Source of the DNA: Coprobacillaceae bacterium
GTDB taxonomy: Bacteria; Bacillota_I; Bacilli_A; Erysipelotrichales; Coprobacillaceae
Assembly: GCA_963675915.1 (NCBI GenBank)
Contig: OY780959.1
Span: forward strand, 540,001-572,000
Direction: 5' to 3'
DNA length: 32,000 nt
The notes under the pieces were generated by a model, which saw only the letters and a program-made list of their open reading frames with translations, was not told the origin of the DNA and made no database searches. This document shows, piece after piece, positions 1 through 10,977 of the stretch (the first letter of the stretch is position 1; the number at the start of each line of letters is the position of its first letter). Both the position numbers and the translations under genes were made by a program.

Positions 1-639
1 AAAATTGCGCTGTTGATACGCAAATATTTGCCTTATGCTAGAATTTCCACATATGCAAGGGTCAATGATTTTATAAACAAGAGTGTTGAGGAAATCCGTC
101 ATTTGAAAGAATTGGGATTTGAAGATATTCTAATCGGCGTCGAAAGTGCAGATGATGAACCATTGACATTTATGGATAAGGGCTACACCAGTAAAGATGT
201 CCTTGAACAATTGAAAAAAGTTGAAGAAGCTGGTGTGGATTACCGGGTAATCTATCTTGGGGGAATAGCCGGATCTGGCAAGTGTGAGGAAAGTGCCCAA
301 AAAACAGCAGCGGTATTGAATCAGTTGCATCCTTATATGATTTTCCTGACTTCGGTTGCTGTTTTACCGGATACAAAGCTGTATGATGAAATTGAAAGTG
401 GCAATTTTGTCGAACCTAGTGAATTGGAACGAATCAAGGAGCTTAGAACGTTGGTAGCCAATATGAGCAATGATATATATATCTATGCCCGCAGCGTCTC
501 TAGCGCCGTGGATTTCACCGCTAATCTGCCTGAAGACAAAGAAGCGGTCTTGGCCAAATTGGATAAAATTATTGGAAACTTTTCAACAATTGATGAAATG
601 CGCCTTAAACAAAAACGAGATCGACTAAGAAGCGTCTGA
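1..639 (+). CDS. radical SAM-type enzyme, C-terminal part (5' end upstream of window)
   Basis: Frame 1 is open from base 1 into listed ORF 13..639. The stretch ILIGVESADDEPLTFMDKGYT...GVDYRVIYLGGIAG resembles the barrel half of radical SAM proteins. The Cys cluster is not visible because the N-terminus is missing. Confidence 0.55.
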   Translation, partial: KIALLIRKYLPYARISTYARVNDFINKSVEEIRHLKELGFEDILIGVESADDEPLTFMDKGYTSKDVLEQLKKVEEAGVDYRVIYLGGIAGSGKCEESAQKTAAVLNQLHPYMIFLTSVAVLPDTKLYDEIESGNFVEPSELERIKELRTLVANMSNDIYIYARSVSSAVDFTANLPEDKEAVLAKLDKIIGNFSTIDEMRLKQKRDRLRSV

Positions 640-851
640 TTCTAGATATTAATCTCGTGAGAAACTTTAGTCGATAATCATTAAAATATAGCTTATCTCT
701 TTTGGCTTAATCGACAAGGGTATTTTTCTTATGTTGCATCATAACTCGAATCTGATGGTCAATTTATTCTGGCATTGCGTTAGTATTCTTGAGTTTTACT
801 AAAAAGATGTCAGGATAAGGTTTAAAAGAGTGGCTAGATTTAGTATAATGA

Positions 852-2297
<1,446 letters not shown>

Positions 2298-2339
2298 ATT
2301 TTTTGACAACCATAAGATTTGCTATGTAGCAGATATTGA

Positions 2340-2367
2340 CCAATTCTCAACTGAGAATTGGTTTTTT
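2340..2367 (+). terminator. rho-independent terminator of the GH1 gene
   Basis: CCAATTCTCaactGAGAATTGG hairpin followed by TTTTTT. Confidence 0.8.
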
Positions 2368-2379
2368 GATATCTACGTT

Positions 2380-2417
2380 AAAAAACTCTGTTAGGTTCGG
2401 TTCAAATTAACAGAGTT
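2380..2417 (-). terminator. rho-independent terminator of the convergent C-S lyase gene
   Basis: On the minus strand, AACTCTGTTA...TAACAGAGTT stem followed by a T run. Confidence 0.7.
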
Positions 2418-2443
2418 AGTTGTTTTATTAATAGTTGAAGTGA

Positions 2444-3643
2444 TTAGTTGGTATTGGTTAAAACAGCGGTGCAGATTCGCTCCAATCCTTTGGTCAAAGT
2501 CGCTTTAGGACAAGCCAGATTGAGCCGGATAAAACAGTTGGCATTCTTTACAAACATTTCTCCGGCCTCGAGAAGAACACCTGCCTTTTGGGCGAAAAAT
2601 AGCGGAAGATCCTCGTTATCGCCAAAATAGAAGCTCAAATCGATCCACGCCAGATAGGTGGCTTCCGATATCCTGAATTTTGCCTGGGGTAAATTGGCCT
2701 GCAAATAGTCCTGGGTCAGTTTGAAATTCCCGTCCAAGTATAGTTTCAACGCCTTAAGCCAGGCATAGCCTTTTTCATAAGCAGCTTGGGCCGCAGCTAT
2801 GCTCAAGGGATTGTCGAAGTTGTAATGACGTTGACACCACAGTTCTCTTAAATCTTCATCCTTGATAATCACATTGGAGATCATCATCCCGGCAATATTG
2901 AAGGTTTTTGTCGGCGCCATGCAAGTGATCAGTTTTTGATAATCGTCCATGATTTTGCCCATGGGAAGATGTGATTGATTGGAACGAATCAAATCGCAGT
3001 GGATTTCATCGGATATTATCCATAAGTCATTGTCCTTGATTATTTTGGCAATTTTCCTTAGTTCTTCTTCTTTCCAAATCCGCCCGGTCGGATTATGAGG
3101 GTTGCAAAAAATAAATAGTTTGATTTTAGGATCACGAGCCTTGCGGGCCAGATCATCAAAATCGATGGCAAAATAGTTGTCGTTATTGATTAAATCGCAA
3201 CAGACACTTTCCTTGTTATGAAAATCGGCAGCATACTTGAAATAGGCGTATGAAGGCGTCAAAAATAGTATCTTTTCGTCATCTTCAAGAATATAGTCCA
3301 CCAGTTCATATAAGGCGGGAATGATTCCATTGGAAATAACGAGATCATTAATATCAAAACTCCATCCGTATTGAATGTTACACCAGTTTGCAAAAGCTTC
3401 ATAATATTCTTTTGCGAAGACTTTGGAATACCCTAAAATCCGCTTGTCCAACCTGTTCTTGATTCCCTCGATAATGACATCGGGAGTTGCAAATTCCATA
3501 TCTGCAATCCACATTCTCACCATCTCTTCTTTATCACAGGGGAATTCGATATCAGGTTGCCCCTTGAACATATAGTCCATGTAACCATCAGTATTCATGG
3601 CATTGGTGTTGTTTCTATCAATAATTTCATCAAAATCGTACAT
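2444..3643 (-). CDS. MalY/PatB-type class I/II aminotransferase (cystathionine beta-lyase-like C-S lyase)
   Basis: N-terminus MYDFDEIIDRNNTNAMNTDGY and the FCNPHNPTGR and SDEIHCDL blocks are characteristic of the MalY/PatB PLP family. ATG at 3643 follows GAGGAG. The 11 extra codons of ORF 2444..3676 lack an RBS. Confidence 0.88.
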   Translation of the reverse strand: MYDFDEIIDRNNTNAMNTDGYMDYMFKGQPDIEFPCDKEEMVRMWIADMEFATPDVIIEGIKNRLDKRILGYSKVFAKEYYEAFANWCNIQYGWSFDINDLVISNGIIPALYELVDYILEDDEKILFLTPSYAYFKYAADFHNKESVCCDLINNDNYFAIDFDDLARKARDPKIKLFIFCNPHNPTGRIWKEEELRKIAKIIKDNDLWIISDEIHCDLIRSNQSHLPMGKIMDDYQKLITCMAPTKTFNIAGMMISNVIIKDEDLRELWCQRHYNFDNPLSIAAAQAAYEKGYAWLKALKLYLDGNFKLTQDYLQANLPQAKFRISEATYLAWIDLSFYFGDNEDLPLFFAQKAGVLLEAGEMFVKNANCFIRLNLACPKATLTKGLERICTAVLTNTN

Positions 3644-3747
3644 ATAAATTCTCCTCAGATTATTTCCATGCAGCATGATAATTTGTATACGCGATTATTT
3701 TAGCAATCTGCTCAAACAATGTCAAAACCACTTAAGTTTCATCTCAG

Positions 3748-3770
3748 GAAACAATTTTTGTAATTGTTTC
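3748..3770. promoter_or_regulatory. perfect 9-5-9 inverted repeat in divergent intergenic region (candidate operator)
   Basis: GAAACAATTtttgtAATTGTTTC lies between the C-S lyase gene and the XRE regulator gene. Confidence 0.35.
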
Positions 3771-3797
3771 GCTAGAGTGGAAAATGTCATGCACCTG

Positions 3798-3806
3798 TGA
3801 TAGAAT
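3798..3806 (+). promoter_or_regulatory. extended -10 element (TGaTAGAAT) for the XRE regulator gene
   Basis: TGATAGAAT lies about 70 bp upstream of ATG 3878. The -35 is weak (TGGAAA). Confidence 0.4.
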
Positions 3807-3877
3807 AATTTCGACAAGAATTACATCTAAGAATAATCAATAATTAGTTGATTCTAAGGAAACTTTGAGGGGTGAAG

Positions 3878-4588
3878 ATGATGGGGAATATCAATCAGGA
3901 AATTGGGAAACGAATCTGTATTTATAGAAAGTCCCGGAATATGACGATGGAGGGGTTGGCAAAAATTATATTTAAAAGCAAGTCGACCATATCCAAGTAT
4001 GAAAAAGGGGAGATTACAATCGATATCGTCACCTTATATGAAATTGCCGATGCCTTGGAGATAAGCATTGAACAGCTTCTTTATTATCCCAAGGAAAAGT
4101 TTGTCCTGACAACCGACAAATCAATCCCGGCTTTTTTCAAGGACACCAATCAGTTCTATTCTTATATTTATGATGGCAGGTGTAACAAGCTGGTCCGTTG
4201 CGTATTTGATGTCCTCTTTGAAATGGAGAACAATCAATATAAGATCATGATGTATATGAACTTCAAAGATTATAGTACTTATCAAAATTGTGAGAATACC
4301 TACTGGGGTTATATCGAACATTATGATGCCCTTACCAATATTCAGTTGACCAACCAGGATTCACCGATTGAAAAAGCAAGTGTCCAGATTCTGGCTTCTT
4401 ATCTTGACTCTCAAACGAAGTGGGGACTTTTCAACGGCTTTTCCTCACGTCCGATGATGCCAGTCGCGACCAAGATGTTGTTTTCCAAAAAACCGATCGC
4501 GGAAGATGATGATCTGATCAGAGAATTGAAAATCAGTCGGGAAGATATCAGAATGTTCAAGTTGTACAATATGTTTTCAGTTATTTAG
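3878..4588 (+). CDS. XRE-family helix-turn-helix transcriptional regulator with uncharacterised C-terminal domain
   Basis: N-terminal HTH_3-like stretch IGKRICIYRKSRNMTMEGLAKIIFKSKSTISKYEKGEITIDIVTLYEIADALEISIEQLL. ATG 3878 lies 6 nt after GAGGGG. Confidence 0.75.
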   Translation: MMGNINQEIGKRICIYRKSRNMTMEGLAKIIFKSKSTISKYEKGEITIDIVTLYEIADALEISIEQLLYYPKEKFVLTTDKSIPAFFKDTNQFYSYIYDGRCNKLVRCVFDVLFEMENNQYKIMMYMNFKDYSTYQNCENTYWGYIEHYDALTNIQLTNQDSPIEKASVQILASYLDSQTKWGLFNGFSSRPMMPVATKMLFSKKPIAEDDDLIRELKISREDIRMFKLYNMFSVI

Positions 4589-4692
4589 GAAATATCTAAC
4601 GACGTTTCAGGCTAAACCGATCACTTTCCGCCCCAACCAGTGGCTGCAAAAAATGGTCTTATTAAATACCAAGTAAAATTTACACAATCATT

Positions 4693-4722
4693 ACGCAATT
4701 TTCATTTGAAGTTGCGTTTTTT
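4693..4722 (+). terminator. weak candidate terminator after XRE gene
   Basis: ACGCAA...TTGCGT 6-bp stem with a long loop, followed by TTTTTT. Confidence 0.35.
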
Positions 4723-4881
4723 GTTAAGTGATTTTTGATTATGAATCGGTGTTTGTACAATTGATATAATCCAAAGATTGGTAATAACCTTCTAATTGAG
4801 TTAACAACTTAGTGAACATATAAGTAGAAACTTGAAGCCAAAAAAATGGTTGACTGGTTATGGGGCACAATGTCTGACCGA

Positions 4882-4910
4882 TTGACAGACCTAGAACTTC
4901 TATGTATAAT
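4882..4910 (+). promoter_or_regulatory. consensus sigma-70/SigA promoter of the padR operon
   Basis: TTGACA (4882-4887), a 17-bp spacer, then TATAAT (4905-4910). Confidence 0.75.
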
Positions 4911-4912
4911 AT

Positions 4913-4929
4913 ACCTAGATTGTCTAGGT
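4913..4929. promoter_or_regulatory. perfect 7-3-7 palindrome, candidate PadR operator
   Basis: ACCTAGAttgTCTAGGT starts 3 bp after the -10. A partial copy GACCTAGAAC sits inside the spacer. Confidence 0.55.
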
Positions 4930-4950
4930 TTTAAGAAAGAGGGTGAAGAT

Positions 4951-5298
4951 ATGAAGATTGATAAGAATTTAATCGGTGGGAGTGCCATGCTGTTGATTTT
5001 GACCCTGCTAGAGCAAAAAGATATGTATGGGTATCAGATTATCAAAGAACTTGATGAAAGATCGGATAGCACTTTTCAATTCAAAGAGGGATCATTATAT
5101 CCGGTGCTGCACAAGATGGATAATAACGGCTATGTAAAATCATATTTGGCCAAGGGGGAAACCGGCAGAAGCCGCAAATATTATCGAATAACTCGAAGTG
5201 GACGGCGTCAGTTGAAAGAACAGAAGGAACAATGGGAAGAGTTCACTACGTCGGTCAATAAGGTATTAGGGGGAAACAGGGATGTCTTTGCACAATGA
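4951..5298 (+). CDS. PadR-family transcriptional regulator
   Basis: LLILTLLEQKDMYGYQIIKEL...GSLYPVLHKMDNNGYVKSY...RKYYRITRSGRRQL is the canonical PadR winged helix. ATG 4951 follows GAGGG. The 35 upstream codons of ORF 4846 cover the promoter and are not coding. Confidence 0.9.
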   Translation: MKIDKNLIGGSAMLLILTLLEQKDMYGYQIIKELDERSDSTFQFKEGSLYPVLHKMDNNGYVKSYLAKGETGRSRKYYRITRSGRRQLKEQKEQWEEFTTSVNKVLGGNRDVFAQ

Positions 5299-5998
5299 GA
5301 AGGATAATTATTTAAACCAGGTTATCGCTTACGTAAAATTTCCTTATGACAGAAAGAAAATATATCAGGAACTGGATGACCATATTATGGATAGGTGCGA
5401 TGACTTTGTAGAAGAGGGCTATAATCATGACCAGGCCTTAACCAAAGCTATTGCATTGATGGGTGATGCTGAACTTATAGGAAAAGAATTGAATAGAATG
5501 CACAATCCATTGCTAGGTTGGGTTTGGAAAATATCGGATTATGCGGTTAAGCTTATCGGAATAATTTTGATTGCATCTGTGGTTATGACAATAGTAAATT
5601 CAAGGGATTCCTTTGATCCCTACAGTGATATCAGTGAAAATAGCGTACTTTACCATCTTGAATTGGAAAAGACGGCTCAAATAGATGATGAAATAATCAC
5701 ATTGACTGATATATATTATGATGATAGTGAAACCTTGCATGTTTTCTTTACGACTCAACGAACGGGAATGATGATTTTTTCTGATCCGATCTCAAGTTAT
5801 GTCGGGGTATTTACTGATGGTGAGGGGAAAAGGTACGCGGGAGCTTCTAATCATTCCTCAAGGTACACCCGTAATATTATCCATAAAGAACTTTGGGATT
5901 TCCCTGCTACTCAAAAAAGATTAAATGTTGTCTATGATTATGTCGACAGACACTATGAATTTCATATCGATTTGAGTTTGGAGGATCAGGATGCATAG
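5282..5998 (+). CDS. PadR-associated membrane protein (permease-prefix/DUF1700-like N-terminal domain)
   Basis: It overlaps the padR stop. The N-terminal YLNQV...IYQELDDHI...GDAELIGKELN pattern is typical of proteins encoded after padR. There is one central hydrophobic helix. Confidence 0.6.
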   Translation: MSLHNEKDNYLNQVIAYVKFPYDRKKIYQELDDHIMDRCDDFVEEGYNHDQALTKAIALMGDAELIGKELNRMHNPLLGWVWKISDYAVKLIGIILIASVVMTIVNSRDSFDPYSDISENSVLYHLELEKTAQIDDEIITLTDIYYDDSETLHVFFTTQRTGMMIFSDPISSYVGVFTDGEGKRYAGASNHSSRYTRNIIHKELWDFPATQKRLNVVYDYVDRHYEFHIDLSLEDQDA

Positions 5999-6518
5999 AA
6001 TACTAAAGACTATAAGAAATTTCATTTTGATTGGATTGTTATTAGCGGTGTTTATGGCCTTTACCGGGATGCGACCAACACCAAATCAAGCCCATAAATA
6101 CAGCGATAAAGTCCGGCATTTTGGTCCCTCTGAAATTTTATCTGTATACAAATATGATGGTTATCAGGATATGTTATGCAAGTATGAAAATTGGATTACA
6201 TGTGATACTATTAGAGGGCGTCTGATTTTCTGGCAGAACAGCAATAATAGTGCATTTGAAATTGATAAGAGTGAATCTCTTAATTTCTCTGGAAGACTGA
6301 CATCGGATGGAGTCAATATTGTCTATGGAATTGTCAATGATCCTAATATCGCAAAAGTTAAGTTGAAAGTTCCAGGGATGGAGCCAATGATCCAAGAAGA
6401 GTTTCAGGATGACCTGTTTTATTTTACTTGGGAAAGTGTCTTGGATTTAACGGCGATAGAGGGGATTACAGGGTATAATCAAGAAGGAGAGCAAACCTGC
6501 AAATATACGCTATTTTAA
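5991..6518 (+). CDS. hypothetical membrane-anchored protein
   Basis: ATG 5991 follows GGAGGA and overlaps the upstream stop by 8 nt (translational coupling). N-terminal TM helix FILIGLLLAVFMAF. Confidence 0.55.
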   Translation: MHRILKTIRNFILIGLLLAVFMAFTGMRPTPNQAHKYSDKVRHFGPSEILSVYKYDGYQDMLCKYENWITCDTIRGRLIFWQNSNNSAFEIDKSESLNFSGRLTSDGVNIVYGIVNDPNIAKVKLKVPGMEPMIQEEFQDDLFYFTWESVLDLTAIEGITGYNQEGEQTCKYTLF

Positions 6519-6651
6519 CAGTCAATCCAAGTGTGGTATTATCAATGTTTGGAAATAAAGACCATCGGGATTAATCAATCCGCTAAAGTTGGCATTGAGA
6601 GGATTTTGGTTTATGGCGTATTTTTTTGAATCTTAAATATTATAAAATTAT

Positions 6652-6684
6652 AAGCAATTCAGGTTTTGAGAATTGCTTTTTTTC
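6652..6684 (+). terminator. rho-independent terminator of the padR operon
   Basis: AAGCAATTCaggttttgaGAATTGCTT followed by TTTTT. Confidence 0.7.
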
Positions 6685-6996
6685 CCCGTATTTTCAGATA
6701 ATTATGATTAAACAGGGAGAGAATATAGTCAAACTATTTGTGGGGGAATCACATTGAAATTTTACAATATTTAGAAAATCTTAAGAAATTATTGTAGATG
6801 CAAAATAGGATATTTGATATAGTTACATTATGTGCATTTAGTTATGTTTAAATGTTTATTAATTACTTAAATGGGTCGAAGATTACTATTTTTTAATTTA
6901 TGATTAAAATTTTAGTTGATAAATTATGATTTTCTTAGATATTTAGTTTAAATATCGTATGTTGATAAGAAAATTTTGAAAAAGGAGAATCTAAAA

Positions 6997-7512
6997 ATGC
7001 TCATATTCAAGCAAGTAACGCCTAATGATGAAGCACTCATAGCAATCATGACCAGCTGGTATAATGATGATAGCATCCAACATTTCATCAAGCCTAACTT
7101 CCAGGAAGGTCCGTTTGAAAAATGTACGCAAGACAGTATTAAGGAATCTGTCAATGAGAAGAACAAATACTATTACATTGCCTTTGATGATGAACATCCC
7201 ATTGGAGAAGTCTCTATTACAGTTGACCCGGAACATCTGGCCAGAAAAGTTGAAAACACCGGTTGGATTTCAATTCTCATTGGTGAAGGTTCGTATAGAA
7301 AAAAAGGGTATGGCGATAAGCTGATGCATTTTATTGAAAAGACAGCTAAGGAGCTAGGTCTAAAGCGGATTGAACTGGGTGTTTTTGACTTTAATGAGAA
7401 TGCAATCAAGTTTTATCAAAAACTAGGGTATCTGCCCTTTTATGAGTTCAAAGATTTCACCTACTGGAATGAAACTTGGCATTCGGATATTCGGATGGAA
7501 AAATATCTGTAG
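6997..7512 (+). CDS. GNAT-family N-acetyltransferase
   Basis: GEVSI...ILIGEGSYRKKGYGDKLMHFIEKTAKELGLKRIELGVFDFNENAIKFYQKLGY is the acetyl-CoA binding core (R/Q-x-x-G-x-G/A type). ATG 6997 follows AAGGAG. Confidence 0.85.
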   Translation: MLIFKQVTPNDEALIAIMTSWYNDDSIQHFIKPNFQEGPFEKCTQDSIKESVNEKNKYYYIAFDDEHPIGEVSITVDPEHLARKVENTGWISILIGEGSYRKKGYGDKLMHFIEKTAKELGLKRIELGVFDFNENAIKFYQKLGYLPFYEFKDFTYWNETWHSDIRMEKYL

Positions 7513-7628
7513 TAAAATAACAGGTTGAACCTAGCCAGCCAATCAATCTATCAGTTCATGAGTTATATTAATGTTGTTAACAGTAATTACCAAAATACAA
7601 ATTACACTGAGATAAGGGAGATGGGCGA

Positions 7629-8042
7629 ATGATGGGAATTCTTTATAGGTTGCTAAAAGTAGTTACCAGCATGATAATATTTTGCCTTGAAGTTTATGTG
7701 ATTGTGTCGATTTCAAACAATTATGGTTGGTTTGAAGATGATTTTGTTTCTTATGGGGTTTTGCTGTCAATAGTAGCGATTTTAAATATTTTGATACCCT
7801 TATTGAAGAAGAAAAAAGGCCGCTCATATTTTAAGGGAATAATATTTAATACTATTATGACATTTATTGTGGTATTTGTTTTTATGGAGGTGTCTTCTTT
7901 AGTCAATAGTGTGACACCAGATGTGAAAGCTGAATTATCTGACTGGTATTACTTCGGCCCCGGATTGGTTTGGGCAATTTTGTTCCAGATAGCAATTGCA
8001 ATCCCTGAATTGTATTTATATCTAAATAAGCCAACAAAGTGA
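7629..8042 (+). CDS. hypothetical small polytopic membrane protein
   Basis: ATG 7629 lies 8 nt after AAGGGAG. About 4 hydrophobic helices. Confidence 0.55.
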   Translation: MMGILYRLLKVVTSMIIFCLEVYVIVSISNNYGWFEDDFVSYGVLLSIVAILNILIPLLKKKKGRSYFKGIIFNTIMTFIVVFVFMEVSSLVNSVTPDVKAELSDWYYFGPGLVWAILFQIAIAIPELYLYLNKPTK

Positions 8043-8260
8043 CGGAATTTATGTGGGGATGGATCGAAATGACTCTGATGTTTTTTTGGGATGCAGGTCA
8101 AATCACTTTTAGATAAGTTTCTGGATTTTTGGGAGTGGATAAAGGGATATGATTATTTTCAAAAAATATCATTGGAGATGATACCATACAAATCCCGGCA
8201 CAAAATGTTGCGACAACAACATATTAAAAAGATATACTTTTGTTGAAGGGAGGGATATTC

Positions 8261-9169
8261 TTGGATATATTAGACCGGATGAGCCAGGCAATTGCGTATT
8301 TGGAAGACAACATGACAGGTACGATTGTTCAGGTAGAATTGGCGCAAATAGCTGGTTGTTCATTTTACAATTTCTGTAGAATGTTTTCTTATATGACTGA
8401 TATTACTTTAACAGAATATATTCGCAGAAGAAGGCTTACTTTGGCGGCGATAGAACTTCAAAGCAGTGAGGTCAAAGTGATTGATCTGGCTTTAAGATAT
8501 GGTTACGATTCACCTGTTTCATTTTCACGGGCTTTTCAAAAACTTCATGGAGTCACGCCGACAAAAGCCCGAGCTGATGGAGTAACCCTGAAAGCATATC
8601 CGAGAATCTCTTTTCAAATTTCAATCAAAGGAGAAAAAGAAATGGATTATCGAATTGAAAGTAATGAAGCGTTTCAAATATTTGGTTACGAGGGAGTATT
8701 TAGCATTGACGCAGTCAGTTTGAATGGGGATAATCCCCATGAGCTATGGAACAGAAATCAGGCCAGTGGTGCCTATGAAAAACTCGTAGCTGATGCCGGT
8801 GATTTACCTCCATTCGTCTCTCAGGGATTATGCAAGGTACATGGAGTTTGTGATTATAAAGAAACTGAACCAGGAACATTCGCTTATATGCAGTGTGCTT
8901 TTAAAAGTACAAACAGCATTACTGATGGCTACTCGGTTGTCGATGTTCCGGCGTACACCTGGGTTATCCTACCTTCTGAAAAGTTCAAATGGGAAAATGT
9001 CATCGAAGTCATCAACAAGCTAAACAAGCGTTTTTATATGGAATGGCTGCCTACCTCCGAATATGAGCAAGCGGCTGGGATTAACTTTGAAGTGTATGGG
9101 GGCGATTTGGAGATGGGATATGTTGAACTTTGGTATCCAGTGCAAAAAAAGTCCGGGGGAAAATCATAA
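8261..9169 (+). CDS. AraC-family regulator with GyrI-like effector-binding C-terminal domain
   Basis: AraC HTH signature LALRYGYDSPVSFSRAFQKLHGVTPTKAR. The C-terminal half has the GyrI-like/SOUL pattern (FQIFGYEG...EVYGGD...VELWYPV). The start is uncertain: TTG 8261 after GGGAGGG, or ATG 8279. Confidence 0.82.
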   Translation: MDILDRMSQAIAYLEDNMTGTIVQVELAQIAGCSFYNFCRMFSYMTDITLTEYIRRRRLTLAAIELQSSEVKVIDLALRYGYDSPVSFSRAFQKLHGVTPTKARADGVTLKAYPRISFQISIKGEKEMDYRIESNEAFQIFGYEGVFSIDAVSLNGDNPHELWNRNQASGAYEKLVADAGDLPPFVSQGLCKVHGVCDYKETEPGTFAYMQCAFKSTNSITDGYSVVDVPAYTWVILPSEKFKWENVIEVINKLNKRFYMEWLPTSEYEQAAGINFEVYGGDLEMGYVELWYPVQKKSGGKS

Positions 9170-9424
9170 TAGTTATGATATTGTAGTGGCCAGCTCCAAC
9201 TATCTTTTATTCAATCTGAAATTGGTTTGCACTTGAATATAGGACTTTATTTGAACCATATGCCTGTCACGTACTGATGTGATTAAGATAATAAATTTAT
9301 CCAATAAATATCGCTTTACATTTACACCTGGAGCGTATTTTCATTAAAACGACATGTATTTGTTTTATAGAAAGGATATTCTCTAAACGAGCGTAGAAAT
9401 CTGATATCTTGAAGGAGGGAAAGA

Positions 9425-9574
9425 ATGCAAATAGTCAAAGCAAAAAAATTTGATTCCGCTATTGTAGGTAGAGTCCATTTTGAAGGATGGACCCAAGCTT
9501 ATATCGACATTTTCCCTGATCGGTACCTTAATAATGTCACACCTGAAAAAAGGATTCAGGAGTTTATTGATTAA
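9425..9574 (+). pseudogene. 49-codon N-terminal remnant of an acetyltransferase-like gene
   Basis: GAAGGAGGG RBS followed by MQIVKAKKFDSAIVGRVHFEGWTQAYIDIFPDRYLNNVTPEKRIQEFID then a stop. This resembles the first ~50 residues of GNAT proteins, and the acetyl-CoA core is absent. Confidence 0.35.
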
Positions 9575-9600
9575 ATTGTTTATTGACAGGGGGGTTGCGA

Positions 9601-10002
9601 GTGAAAAAAGGAAAATTACTGCTGTACATACTAGCTTTGATTTTGGCGGTTTCAGGAGGATATATCGCAAAAAGTATTTCCATTGAAAATGAAATTAGAT
9701 CAGAAAATTTATCTCGAAGAATGGGAACTTACCAATTGTGGGGTGGTGGTTTAGCAATAACTGCGAGCGTAGGAATCGATAATGAATTCTGGTATTCACA
9801 ACCAGGAAGTGATGGAATTGCTGAAACATTTTACTGCAAATTAGAACCCATCGACAATTATCTGTATTTAATTAATTCAGAGGAATTCGATTATAACGTG
9901 GTCAATGTTAAAGAAGATACTCTGTTGTTGGTTGATACGGACAATGAGACCATCTTGGAAATAGACAAGATTGATGATTTACCGACTGAGATTCACAATT
10001 AA
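9601..10002 (+). CDS. hypothetical signal-anchored protein
   Basis: GTG 9601 follows GGGGGG. N-terminal KKGKLLLYILALILAVSGG hydrophobic segment. Confidence 0.5.
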   Translation: MKKGKLLLYILALILAVSGGYIAKSISIENEIRSENLSRRMGTYQLWGGGLAITASVGIDNEFWYSQPGSDGIAETFYCKLEPIDNYLYLINSEEFDYNVVNVKEDTLLLVDTDNETILEIDKIDDLPTEIHN

Positions 10003-10501
10003 TTATATCCAGCCGGGTTCTTTGTCTGTCTACATTTCATTGATTAATATCTTGGAAATATCGAAGATAATATGAACCCGTGCCTGGTCACTTTGGAAAT
10101 GATCTATGGAACTGGAGCTGCCAATAATTGGGATTACCATTTTGAGTTTTAGCCACTAATCTCGTTGGTGTTAGAAAACAGGTAATTTATTCGGAATTGT
10201 TTTCCAAATAAAATATAAAAGCATTCGATTGATGATTCAATGGAGTCAAGTTTTTCATATGAATAGGATATTAATCAGGCGGTGTATGGGCATTGAGCGT
10301 GTTCACTTTCATTTGACAGTCCCGCATCGGCAAGGGACATCGATGATATTATCTGTTGAACCGACCTGAGGATAGTGGCAATCATGATTCAGTTCAAGAA
10401 AGTAAAGTTTGTTTGGTATTACGGTATTTAAGCTCATTGAATAGAGCAAATAGAGTAAAGTATGTTAAAGATACTGATAATCATTTTGGAGGAGGAATAA
10501 A

Positions 10502-10786
10502 ATGAATTTAAATTATGGATGGGGAGCTACTTTGGTAGCTTGGTTAATGACACCGCTCTTTTTCATCGCTATGCGCTTGCTTGTAGTCTCGGATTATTTG
10601 GAATTTTTACTTCAAGATCAAGAAGCGTTGGCTGCAATTAGTATTTATCCGGGAATAATATGGGGGCCGATAGGCTTATGGGCTTCTAAAGTGTGCAATA
10701 AAAAAGGACAAAAGAAGTCTTCATGGCTGGTCATAAAAACTTTTTTGATATTAAGCGTTGTTTTAATGGCGCTTGCAGGGATTTAG
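10502..10786 (+). CDS. hypothetical small membrane protein
   Basis: Strong RBS GGAGGAGG 6 nt upstream. Three hydrophobic helices. Confidence 0.55.
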   Translation: MNLNYGWGATLVAWLMTPLFFIAMRLLVVSDYLEFLLQDQEALAAISIYPGIIWGPIGLWASKVCNKKGQKKSSWLVIKTFLILSVVLMALAGI

Positions 10787-10977
10787 AATTGTTTGAAAAA
10801 TTATCATTTACATATTGATGTGATAAATTCATGCCATCTTGTTCTAATCAGGTGGCGTCAATATTTTTGTGTGAATTTGTAAAATTAGTTCTAATCACTG
10901 CCCCCATGTGTTAGGATAGTTGTCGTATAGAGGGATTTGGATTATACTTATAAAAACCGATCCAAGGAGACCAAGAA

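Noticed and set aside
130-376. Minus-strand ORFs 130..330 and 170..376
   Set aside because: They lie fully inside the better-supported radical SAM reading frame, have no RBS, and have a low-complexity, unprotein-like composition.
2448-2630. Plus-strand ORF 2448..2630 and similar antisense ORFs (4121..4321, 6174..6395, 6948..7409 cluster, 8169..8363, 8793..9023)
   Set aside because: They are nested antisense or out of frame within motif-supported genes, and none has an RBS.
9383-9686. ORFs 9383..9670 (-) and 9480..9686 (+)
   Set aside because: They have no RBS and overlap the RBS-preceded GNAT-like fragment and the start of the 9601 gene. They are probably chance ORFs in AT-rich sequence.
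10841-10897. 10-bp direct repeat GTTCTAATCA (10841-10850 and 10888-10897), the second copy abutting the IS3 left end
   Set aside because: It is only 10 bp in AT-rich DNA and has no matching copy at the right end of the IS. That is not enough to call a target duplication or binding site.
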